A stretch of 32,000 bases of DNA from Candidatus Iainarchaeum sp. (GCA_028700115.1 JAQVTI010000008.1:1-32000), one strand, 5' to 3'; positions 9,536-17,214 are shown, numbered from the stretch's first letter. Made by a program: numbers and translations. Notes: generated by a model from the letters alone, not told the origin.

Positions 9536-9835
9536 CTATTTTTCTTTTTCTTTTTTAAAATTAATATTAATTAATTGATTAACAGAATAAATCTTTGTTG
9601 CATTTTTAATTTTAACAACAGGTATATTAATTTCTCTTAAAAATATAAAAATATGAGATAAAAAAGATCCTTTTTCTACAATAATACCATTTACTTTTGA
9701 TAAATAAGGTAAGATATTTAAATTTAATTCTTCAATAACTAAAACTTTATTATTTAAATTTACTTTATCTAAATCTTCTAAATTATTAAATAAAACACAT
9801 TTTCCAAAAATATTTCCTTTTACTAAAAATTCCAT
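9536..9835 (-). CDS. Stand-alone PEP-utilizing-enzyme mobile (swivel phosphohistidine) domain protein
   Basis: GIIVEKGSFLSHIFIFLREINIPVV matches the PEP-utilizers motif G-G-x-T/S-H-x-x-I-x-A-R-E-x-G-IP-x-V. Compare [20 protein letters not shown] in the ppsA of this same window. The candidate His is retained. I moved the start from the track's TTG (9844) to the ATG at 9835, which lies only 9 nt after the TAG of the upstream ORF. Confidence 0.6.
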   Translation of the reverse strand: MEFLVKGNIFGKCVLFNNLEDLDKVNLNNKVLVIEELNLNILPYLSKVNGIIVEKGSFLSHIFIFLREINIPVVKIKNATKIYSVNQLININFKKEKEK

Positions 9836-9844
9836 AATTATCAA

Positions 9845-10372
9845 CTACAAATATTTTATTTTTAAAAAATTAAACGTACTATTCACCATACGTTCAATAG
9901 AACCTTTATCAACTTGTTTAAAATCATAATTAGTAAAATCTTTCTTATTATCAATAATTTTAATATTTAAATCTTCTTTTAACCCTAAATTTTTCAAAAT
10001 ATTTATAATAGCATATTTAATTTTATCATTATTTGAATTAAATTTTTTTAATTCATTTATTTTAGGAAGAATACCTAAATATAAATATTCAGAAAATATT
10101 CCAGAATCTAAAAGGTGCCCTGTTATAAAAAATTTTGGAGATTCAATTATTTTTAAACAAATAATAAAAGAATAATCTTCAAATAAATATTCTTTATAAA
10201 AATAATTATTCTTTACAAAAAAATTAGAACATAATCCTCTAAAGATAGGCGATTCAATATTTAAATTAAATTCAGCGAATAATTTAAATTTTTTATAATC
10301 TTGTAAATTCATTTTTTTAAATTTAGATAAATTATATTTTTTATCATAATTTAATTCAAAATTATATTCCAA
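9845..10372 (-). CDS. Hypothetical protein with no ATG start (TTG in the track); possible remnant or frameshifted gene coupled to the swivel-domain ORF
   Basis: This is a 175-codon ORF. The frame is open for another 27 codons upstream (YRPLDTPKNIYNLVLDTLIKKRKDPT) with no ATG or GTG. A second frame further upstream (10441..10539) reads ...KCFFGIYSTNCDDWSGDDIDL* and also lacks a start. No family was recognised. Confidence 0.35.
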   Translation of the reverse strand: MEYNFELNYDKKYNLSKFKKMNLQDYKKFKLFAEFNLNIESPIFRGLCSNFFVKNNYFYKEYLFEDYSFIICLKIIESPKFFITGHLLDSGIFSEYLYLGILPKINELKKFNSNNDKIKYAIINILKNLGLKEDLNIKIIDNKKDFTNYDFKQVDKGSIERMVNSTFNFLKIKYL

Positions 10373-10720
10373 AGTAGGATCTTTTCTTTTTTTAATTAAA
10401 GTATCTAAAACTAAATTATAAATATTTTTAGGAGTATCTAAAGGTCTATATCATCTCCAGACCAATCATCACAATTAGTACTATAAATTCCAAAAAAACA
10501 TTTATCATTTTTTATTTTTTTATTTATATATAAAACAATCTAAAAATAAAAATAGGCAGAAAAGAAGAAGGAAAAAATCCTTCTAATTTTTTTGTAAAAT
10601 TTTTTAAAAAAGGGGTTTTTTAAAAAATATATTTGTTTAGTGTAAAAAGGCAGAAAAAAGGAAAGCTTAAGGAAAAAAGATATAAAAGTTAAAAGGGGTT
10701 TTTTTAAGGGGTTAAAAAAA

Positions 10721-11173
10721 TTATCTAACAATAAAGTATACCTTTCTTCCAGCTTGAACCTTTTTTAAGTATTTATCTTTGACTAGTTTATTTAGTCTCT
10801 GTGAAGCAGCGTTTGAAGCTTTATAATTAAAAGCTAACTGAACCATGCTTGCATCCACTTTTCCTTTCTCTCTAATAAAAGAGATTATCTTGTCATCAAC
10901 TTCTGGTAAAATATTAATTTCATCAGAATTATTTTCTTTGTCTTGCTTGTTTTTTAGAAGAAACTGTAATTTGTCATATTTTTCTTGCATATCTTCTAAA
11001 ATCTTATTTGTTTTTTTTCTCTCTTCTAATAGTTGATGCATGATAACAGAAAGAATCAATGGATCATTAAACTTCTCTTGGATTTGAATAATAGCATCCA
11101 AACCCAGCTCTTTACTCTTATCTTTTAAAAGAAGATCTAAGACTTCTTTTTTTGTAGTATCATTTTGTATCAT
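10721..11173 (-). CDS. Winged helix-turn-helix (MarR/ArsR-like) DNA-binding protein with an N-terminal helical/coiled region
   Basis: The C-terminal ~60 aa (DDKIISFIREKGKVDASMVQLAFNYKASNAASQRLNKLVKDKYLKKVQAGRKVYFIV) follow the wHTH pattern of helix-turn-helix followed by a beta wing. A T-run follows the stop codon. Confidence 0.55.
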   Translation of the reverse strand: MIQNDTTKKEVLDLLLKDKSKELGLDAIIQIQEKFNDPLILSVIMHQLLEERKKTNKILEDMQEKYDKLQFLLKNKQDKENNSDEINILPEVDDKIISFIREKGKVDASMVQLAFNYKASNAASQRLNKLVKDKYLKKVQAGRKVYFIVR

Positions 11174-11347
11174 AATATATCATGATAGTGTCATGAAAGG
11201 TTTAAAAGAGGTTCGTTTTAATTTTCCAAAAGAAATAGGGTTTTTGGTTTTGTTTCCAAACTAAAATTTTATAGGAAAATATACTTGGTTTTTTCCTAAA
11301 AATATATAATATATTATATATAATACATACAATTTATAAATCTTCCT

Positions 11348-12424
11348 TTAAAATATCCTAGATTCTCTTCTAAATAGCCTAAACCCATAAAATTTAGTTC
11401 TCTCAAATATACTTCTAGTAATTGAATCTATTTCATCAGGTTTTAATCTAGATCTTAAATCTGCTTCAATTAAACAAGAAGGATAAACATATTTAGGATT
11501 AAATGCAGAAACAGAAGAAATGTTTGAAGCAATAAAATCTGTATATTCTTTTAAAGATAAACCAAATTCCTTAAAATAAATAAATTCTAATCTCAAAGGA
11601 TAATCATCTTCTGAAAGCTTAAGATACATTACATATAAATTATCTGCAAATTCTTTAGGATAATCTTTTAGAATTGGATGTTCTTTATAACTATCTGTAT
11701 ATTTTATAACACAGGTTCTTTGGTTTTTCTTAAGTAGAGAAAAAACAAAAAAAGAATCATAAATTTCAGAAATATTATGTTTATTTAAAATTTTATTTTC
11801 TATAAATTTATAAAACAAATTAGCTCTGCTATCTTCAATACATCCTACAAGAAAAACGTTTTTATTTTTTGATAAATTATATAGATTATAAAATTTATCT
11901 AACAAATCATTATAACTTTTAAAAAGCTTAGAACCTTCTGTTGGTCTAGATATATATTGAGGGATAATTGAACCATCTAAAAGCATAAACTTAATTTCTT
12001 CATTTTCTATAATTTTAGAAGATAAAGAAACTTCTTTTTCTAATCTTAAAATAGAAGTATTCCACATCACTTCTTCTAGTTCAAGAGAAGAAGTTGTAAG
12101 ATATGGTTTTGCTAAGTTATATGAATTTGGATAATATATTGTTTTTTCTAGTTTAGAATCTTTATATCTAAAAACAGCTCCTGCTTCTTTAATAATTGTA
12201 ATATTTGCAAAATTAAATTGTTTGTTTACAAACCCAGAATCAGTTCCTGCAAATGAGAAGTTTTGATTTTTATTTACATCTATATTTTCAATAATGTTTT
12301 CTTCAAGATTATAAATATTTCTTTCTTTTGTAAAATCTGTTTTTTTTATATTTGAAACAATAGCGTTATTTTTTTCATAGCTAGAAACCATTTTTTTAAT
12401 AATCTCGTCCAAATTATCCTGCAT
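11348..12424 (-). CDS. nurA: NurA-domain 5'-3' nuclease
   Basis: NurA-like acidic motifs appear in the expected order: FAGTDSGF, FMLLDGSIIPQ, LVGCIEDSRAN and YPSCLIEADLRSRL. The track start GTG (12433) is part of a GTGAT SD box, so I use the ATG at 12424. Confidence 0.6.
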   Translation of the reverse strand: MQDNLDEIIKKMVSSYEKNNAIVSNIKKTDFTKERNIYNLEENIIENIDVNKNQNFSFAGTDSGFVNKQFNFANITIIKEAGAVFRYKDSKLEKTIYYPNSYNLAKPYLTTSSLELEEVMWNTSILRLEKEVSLSSKIIENEEIKFMLLDGSIIPQYISRPTEGSKLFKSYNDLLDKFYNLYNLSKNKNVFLVGCIEDSRANLFYKFIENKILNKHNISEIYDSFFVFSLLKKNQRTCVIKYTDSYKEHPILKDYPKEFADNLYVMYLKLSEDDYPLRLEFIYFKEFGLSLKEYTDFIASNISSVSAFNPKYVYPSCLIEADLRSRLKPDEIDSITRSIFERTKFYGFRLFRRESRIF

Positions 12425-12429
12425 TATAA

Positions 12430-12567
12430 TCACTTATCTAAATCTAAACCAAGATTTTTTAATAATTGTTCATGAGTTATATAATTTCCTTTTTTAAAAT
12501 TTTCTCTAGCTTCTTTTAGTTCCTTATAAACATCAATTTTTTCTAAATAATTATTATCTTTACCCAT
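12430..12567 (-). CDS. 45-aa small ORF between htpX and nurA (antitoxin-like helical peptide); hypothetical
   Basis: Not in the ORF track, presumably because it is too short. My translation is MGKDNNYLEKIDVYKELKEARENFKKGNYITHEQLLKNLGLDLDK*. The ATG lies 5 nt after the htpX stop, and its TGA overlaps the GTGAT box of nurA, so the packing is tight and operon-like. The tail ...EAREnfKKGnyiTHEqLlKnLGL resembles the C-terminal region of small type II antitoxin or accessory proteins. That similarity is from memory, not a search. Confidence 0.35.
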   Translation of the reverse strand: MGKDNNYLEKIDVYKELKEARENFKKGNYITHEQLLKNLGLDLDK

Positions 12568-12572
12568 AAAAA

Positions 12573-13484
12573 TCACATTTGTTCAAGTTTATTTATTCTA
12601 TCTTGAATAGGTGGATGTGTTGCAAATAAATTAGATATATTCTTACCTCTAAAAGGACTTGAAATATATAAATGAGCAGTTCCTTTTGTTGCACTTTTTA
12701 CTGGTTGACTAAATCCGCTTATCTTTCTTAAAGCATCTGCTAGACCTTTTGGGTTTCTTGTAATTTTTGCACCAGAGGCATCTGCTAAATATTCTCTTTT
12801 TCTAGAAATTGTCATCTGTATCATTGCAGCAACAATTGGTGAAAGAATAATAAAAAAGATAGCAACTATTAATAAAATAATATTACCATTTCCTTTTGAA
12901 TCTCTACTTCCAGAAGCTCCTCCAAAAATTAAACTTCTTAAGGCAATATCTGAAATAATAGAAATTAAACCAAACAAAACAGTTACAATTGTCATAACCT
13001 TAATATCTCTGTTTTTTATATGTGAAAGTTCATGTGCTAAAACACCTTCAAGCTCTTCTCTATTTAATATTTCTAATATACCAGAAGTTACAGCAATTGA
13101 AGAATGCTCTGGATCTCTTCCTGTTGCAAATGCATTTGGTGAAGGATCATTTATTATATATATTTTAGGTTTGGAAAGTCCAGAAGCCATAGCAAGACCT
13201 TCAACTGTATTATCTAAAAATCTATGTTTAGGAAATTTATCTGGTTCAATTGGTTTTGCTTTTGAAGTTGCAAGAACAATTTTATCTCCTGAATAATAAC
13301 TAACAAGTCCATAAACTATTGCAAAAATTCCTGCAATTATTAAAATCCCAAATCCAGTTTCTGCAAATATAAAATGCAGAGCTACTCCAATTAATCCAAT
13401 GAATACAAAAAATGCAAAAAATAATAAAAATGTTTTAAAATTATTTCTTCTGATTTCAGCATAAAAAGATTTATCATAATTCAT
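12573..13484 (-). CDS. htpX: M48-family zinc metalloprotease HtpX
   Basis: It has the HExxH motif (HELSHIKNRD), two N-terminal TM helices, two central TM helices and the C-terminal ...YLADASGAKIT...THPPIQDRI signature typical of HtpX. Confidence 0.9.
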   Translation of the reverse strand: MNYDKSFYAEIRRNNFKTFLLFFAFFVFIGLIGVALHFIFAETGFGILIIAGIFAIVYGLVSYYSGDKIVLATSKAKPIEPDKFPKHRFLDNTVEGLAMASGLSKPKIYIINDPSPNAFATGRDPEHSSIAVTSGILEILNREELEGVLAHELSHIKNRDIKVMTIVTVLFGLISIISDIALRSLIFGGASGSRDSKGNGNIILLIVAIFFIILSPIVAAMIQMTISRKREYLADASGAKITRNPKGLADALRKISGFSQPVKSATKGTAHLYISSPFRGKNISNLFATHPPIQDRINKLEQM

Positions 13485-13607
13485 AGATATTCACATTATA
13501 ATATATAATATAGAAAAAGAAACAAAGAATATAAAAATAGATTTATTTAATTAAAAATAAAAAAGAAAAAAAGAAAAAGGAGATTTTTTTGTTTTAAAAA
13601 AATCTAA

Positions 13608-14915
13608 CTATACATGTGAAATTATATTTATATAAATTGAATCTGAAGCTGAATCAATTTGTCCAACAGAATTTTCAAAAACTACAGATCTAAAAATATG
13701 ACATTCACCTAATCCACCACAATCAGAAGCAGCTATAACTATATTACCACAACTATCACTTACAATTGAATTATTTACCATCCATTTACAACTGTTAGTA
13801 GAAACCCCATTATTAGGATTAATTGTAGATTGTAAATCAATAGAATAATTATTTTCTAAAAAATCAGATCCAGTACTAGGAGAAGTAATATTTACAGTTC
13901 CAAGAGGTGTTGGATAATTTTGAGAATTACTCCAAACTAAACAATCACAACCAGAATCATATTCTAAAGTAGCACCATCTGTAGGATAATCCCCATCTCT
14001 ATTATAAACAGCTAATTTTTGAACAGAAACAGCACCGTCTTGAATTTTATTTATATTTACAGCATTATCTTGAATTTTATTTGCATCTATAACACCATTT
14101 CTTAATTTATCAATTGTAATTGCACCATCATCAATTTGATCTGTATAAACTGCATCATTATCAATCTTATCTCTAGTTATTTGTTCATCAGCAATCATAC
14201 TAGTAACAATACCATTATCTTTTACAGAAATTTGATTTATACAAGGTATACTACCACACATTTGAACAATATCAATTCCTTGACCTGCATCTAAAGCTAT
14301 ATCCCCAGATCCACTTGCTTGATCAACACATGCTAAATATAAAGAGTTATCTTCATTATTTTTTAAAACACCTAAAACTTGTCCATCAGAACAATCTAAA
14401 TATTCTGTTTCTAAATCATATAAACCAATTGTATTATTTATAATTTGATTAGAACCTACAGAATTTGTAGTAAGATTACCATTATTAATAACTCTACCAT
14501 CAACCTTATCAGCAACTAATTCTACTGACCCACTATCATCATAATTTGGGTTTGGAAGAATTAAAGTTATATCAACTAAAATACTTGAATTTTCAGTATT
14601 AAAAATTTTAACATATAATGATATAGTTTCACCGTTACCAGTAACATCATCAGTAATAGGACCTATATAAAAACCATTAGTTAAAATATTACTAACCTCT
14701 TGAGAACTTAAACTATTATTTGTAGAACCATTATAAGAATATAATGAGTCATTATTTATTTTATAAGCTATATCAAGTCCATTAGAAACAGAACTTTCAA
14801 AAACATAATCACCAGTTACTTTCATTGTTACAGGAACATCAAATGCAAATAGATTTCCTGTAAAAAATAAACTTAAAAATAAAAAGCTAAACGCTATTAT
14901 TAAATTTTTTTTCAC
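13608..14915 (-). CDS. Secreted Cys-containing protein with a block of 11-residue tail-fibre-like repeats
   Basis: GTG start with an AGGTGAT SD 3 nt upstream. The signal peptide is MKKNLIIAFSFLFLSLFFTGNLFA. Residues ~225-300 form roughly 7 consecutive 11-mers: VKDNGIVTSMI/ADEQITRDKID/NDAVYTDQIDD/GAITIDKLRNG/VIDANKIQDNA/VNINKIQDGAV/SVQKLAV. Confidence 0.7.
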   Translation of the reverse strand: MKKNLIIAFSFLFLSLFFTGNLFAFDVPVTMKVTGDYVFESSVSNGLDIAYKINNDSLYSYNGSTNNSLSSQEVSNILTNGFYIGPITDDVTGNGETISLYVKIFNTENSSILVDITLILPNPNYDDSGSVELVADKVDGRVINNGNLTTNSVGSNQIINNTIGLYDLETEYLDCSDGQVLGVLKNNEDNSLYLACVDQASGSGDIALDAGQGIDIVQMCGSIPCINQISVKDNGIVTSMIADEQITRDKIDNDAVYTDQIDDGAITIDKLRNGVIDANKIQDNAVNINKIQDGAVSVQKLAVYNRDGDYPTDGATLEYDSGCDCLVWSNSQNYPTPLGTVNITSPSTGSDFLENNYSIDLQSTINPNNGVSTNSCKWMVNNSIVSDSCGNIVIAASDCGGLGECHIFRSVVFENSVGQIDSASDSIYINIISHV

Positions 14916-15144
14916 TAAATCACCTTTTTCTTAAATTTTATAAAAATTATTCTTATTAAAATTATTTTTAATAAAATTATTAATTTTATTTTTTTAAAAT
15001 AATTTTGTTAATAAATTTATTTATATTATAAAATATAATAAATATAATTATATATATTATAAAAATATTTATAAAGGTTTCACACATAATATTTCTTAAT
15101 AATTTTTAAAAAATTACATTAAATAAATTAAATGTGAAATAAAA

Positions 15145-15849
15145 ATGGATGAATTAAATAAAATAAAAATTAAAAATGGAAGAATTGTTACTTCAGATAG
15201 TAATAAAAAATTTAAAAAATTAAATATGATTTTAATAATATCTATAGTTATAATAATAATATTAATTACAGCTATATATATTATAAAAGTAAATAAAATT
15301 GATGTAGATACACTTTGTGGAAATGGAACTTGTGATATACAAGCAGGAGAAAACAACATAAATTGCCCTTCTGATTGTAAAATAGATACTACAAATAATA
15401 ACACAAATAACAATCCACAAGATACAACAAACACAAATGATCAAAACTTAGAACAAACAACTTGTGGAAATGGAACTTGTGATAATAAAGAAACTCCTAT
15501 GAATTGTCCAGAAGATTGTATTGTCCCAACAAAACCTACTTGTGGGGATGGAATCTGTAATGGAGAAGAAAATTGTGCTTCTTGTGAAACTGATTGTGGA
15601 GCTTGCCAAGAAGAAGAACAAACAACTTGTGGAGACGGAATTTGTAACGGAGAAGAAAATTGTTCAACTTGTGAAACTGATTGTGGAGCTTGCCAAGAAA
15701 AAGAACAAACAACTTGTGGAGACGGAATCTGTAACGGAGAAGAAACATGTTCATCTTGTGAAACAGATTGTGGAGCTTGTGGAAATTTAGCTCCTAAAAT
15801 TGGAAACACTTGTGGAATTTGTTTAGAAGCATCAACTTCTATACTTTAA
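15145..15849 (+). CDS. Signal-anchored secreted protein built from Cys-rich CGxGxC...C..DC modules
   Basis: An N-terminal TM anchor (MILIISIVIIIILITAIYII) is followed by 2 modules of type CGNGTCD..GEN..NCPxDC. Three modules of type TCGDGICNGEENCxxCETDCGAC follow, separated by E/Q/T linkers. Confidence 0.75.
   Translation: MDELNKIKIKNGRIVTSDSNKKFKKLNMILIISIVIIIILITAIYIIKVNKIDVDTLCGNGTCDIQAGENNINCPSDCKIDTTNNNTNNNPQDTTNTNDQNLEQTTCGNGTCDNKETPMNCPEDCIVPTKPTCGDGICNGEENCASCETDCGACQEEEQTTCGDGICNGEENCSTCETDCGACQEKEQTTCGDGICNGEETCSSCETDCGACGNLAPKIGNTCGICLEASTSIL
15538..15783. repeat. Tandem 87-bp (29-codon) repeat, ~2.8 near-identical copies
   Basis: Unit starts (acttgtgg...) lie at 15538, 15625 and 15712, an exact 87-nt period. 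The copies differ at only a few positions. Each encodes TCGDGICNGEE(N/T)C(A/S)(S/T)CETDCGACQE(E/K)EQT. Confidence 0.9.
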
Positions 15850-15888
15850 AATAGTTTTTTTAAAAACTATTTTTTTCTTTTTCTTTTT

Positions 15889-16887
15889 TTATATAAAATC
15901 TAATAAACTTTTTTGATTAATCTCAGAAATAGGTTTTGCAACAATTCCTAGTTCATTATTTATATTTCTTGCAAATTCTTTTGAAAAACCATGCATTGTA
16001 TAAACTATTTTAGGATTTACTTTATCTACAAAGTCAATTAAAGATTTATAATCACTATGATCAGATATATGAACTAATCTAGATCCTCTTGAAAAATTCC
16101 AACCAGTCATAATATAAGATGAAACAGGTTTTCTTAATTGTAATCTTAATGAATTTAAAAAATCTTTATTTATTAAAGATAAAGGCATAATTAAAATATT
16201 TGAAAAATAAATATTATGATCTAATAATTTATATTTTAGATTTTTACCATACTTATTATAAATTTCAGAAAATTTAAAAGTTGTAGAATCAACTAAAGGC
16301 ACAACTCCTAAATATTGATTTATAAAAGAAATAATTTCTTGGTTTTTTCCTAAGGAATAACCTCCTAAAACAATAAATTTCCCATCATCTAAATCTTTCT
16401 TAATATCATTTGATAAGGTATAATATAAACTTCCTCTTTCTTTAAAATCAAAAATCTTTTTTCCAAAAGTACTTTCAATAAATAAAATATCTGAATAAAC
16501 TGGTTTTGCAGATTTAGATGTTAATGAAGGATTTGAATTAAAATCAGAAGTATACAAAATAGATTTATTTTCAATATCAAACTTAAACATACAACTTCCT
16601 AGAATATGCCCAGAATCTAAGGGTGTTAATTTAATATTTTTAGTTAAATCTATTTGTTTATTTATTTCTAAATCTCTGAAATAGAATTTAGGATTAGGCA
16701 AAATACTAATTAAAAGTTCTTGAGTTTCTTTAGTTGTATAAGTTGTTTTTGAAAGATTACAAAAATGATCTGTATGCGCATGTGAAACTAATGCAATTGA
16801 GTTATTAATTGAATTTCTAGTAGGGTCTATACATATATTTAAGCCTTCATCTTCAATTATTAAAAAATTAGAATATTTAAATTGCAT
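15889..16887 (-). CDS. Metallo-beta-lactamase fold / beta-CASP family nuclease
   Basis: MBL motifs occur in order: CIDP, HAHTDH (HxHxDH), SGHILGS and YTSDF. They are followed by beta-CASP-like motifs ESTF (A), ISDHSD (B) and TMHG (C). At ~330 aa it fits the short beta-CASP exonuclease group. Confidence 0.7.
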   Translation of the reverse strand: MQFKYSNFLIIEDEGLNICIDPTRNSINNSIALVSHAHTDHFCNLSKTTYTTKETQELLISILPNPKFYFRDLEINKQIDLTKNIKLTPLDSGHILGSCMFKFDIENKSILYTSDFNSNPSLTSKSAKPVYSDILFIESTFGKKIFDFKERGSLYYTLSNDIKKDLDDGKFIVLGGYSLGKNQEIISFINQYLGVVPLVDSTTFKFSEIYNKYGKNLKYKLLDHNIYFSNILIMPLSLINKDFLNSLRLQLRKPVSSYIMTGWNFSRGSRLVHISDHSDYKSLIDFVDKVNPKIVYTMHGFSKEFARNINNELGIVAKPISEINQKSLLDFI

Positions 16888-16932
16888 TTTAATCTATCTA
16901 TTTATTTATAAAAGTCTTTATAAATATTTATA

Positions 16933-16942
16933 TTTATAAATA
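16933..16942 (+). promoter_or_regulatory. TATA-box-like element upstream of tRNA-Trp
   Basis: tttataaata is centred ~26 nt upstream of tRNA position 1 (16963). In this AT-rich background such matches are common, so confidence is low. Confidence 0.35.
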
Positions 16943-16962
16943 TATATTAAAAACAAAATAAT

Positions 16963-17152
16963 GGGGATATAGGGTAGTCCGGTTAGCCTAACAGGCTCCA
17001 GATATTTTTTTAAATTTTTTTAAAAAAAATTTGGAACGCAAGATTATTTTTAAAAAAAATAAAATGATTGAAAAATTACAGGTCTGCTAAATTTAAATAA
17101 TTTAGAAAATAGGAGAGACCTGTTGACCTGGGTTCGAATCCCAGTGTCCCCA
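16963..17152 (+). tRNA. tRNA-Trp (anticodon CCA) interrupted by a 116-nt intron at the canonical 37/38 position
   Basis: Folded by hand. Acceptor GGGGATA/TGTCCCC (one U-G pair), D arm GGGT..GCCT, anticodon stem ACAGG/CCTGT, loop C-T-CCA-G|intron|A, T arm CTGGG-TTCGAAT-CCCAG, discriminator A. No CCA is encoded. Exons are 16963..17001 and 17118..17152. Confidence 0.9.
17002..17117 (+). other. Archaeal tRNA intron bounded by a perfect helix-bulge-helix-bulge-helix splicing motif
   Basis: The outer helix is TATTTT (17003..17008) paired with AAAATA (17106..17111). The central 4-bp helix is CTCC (16996..16999) paired with GGAG (17112..17115). Two 3-nt AGA bulges lie at 17000..17002 and 17116..17118. 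The anticodon stem serves as the inner helix. Confidence 0.85.
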
Positions 17153-17214
17153 TATTCTTATTTTAAAATAAAAAAAATTAAATAATATAAATTATTTAAA
17201 AAAAATAAAAAAAA

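Noticed and set aside
10440-10480. Possible C/D box sRNA on the minus strand (GTGATGA ttggtctggaga TGATA ...) and possible programmed -1 frameshift at the same spot
   Set aside because: Only a C-like box is present, with no CUGA D or D' box at the proper 10-13-nt spacing. For frameshifting there is no X XXY YYZ slippery heptamer and no obvious downstream structure. Gene decay or non-coding DNA is the simpler reading.
10540-10731. 63-aa ORF (MLDNFFNPLKKPLL...)
   Set aside because: It is a low-complexity Phe/Lys-rich translation of poly-A/T and GGGG tracts. It overlaps the 3' end of the wHTH gene and has no SD. I treat the region as non-coding (see the finding on 10540..10720).
10845-11036. 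63-aa plus-strand ORF
   Set aside because: It is antisense inside the wHTH gene and has no supporting signals.
15114-15809. Five overlapping ORFs (15114..15434 -, 15262..15444 -, 15441..15809 -, 15521..15790 +, 15536..15754 -)
   Set aside because: All overlap the Cys-rich repeat gene 15145..15849. Their internal periodic sequences (for example SPLQIPSPQVVC x3 and KLIVELAKKKNKQLVETE x3) are alternative-frame or antisense readings of the 87-bp tandem repeat. Only the frame with the signal anchor and conserved Cys spacing makes biological sense.
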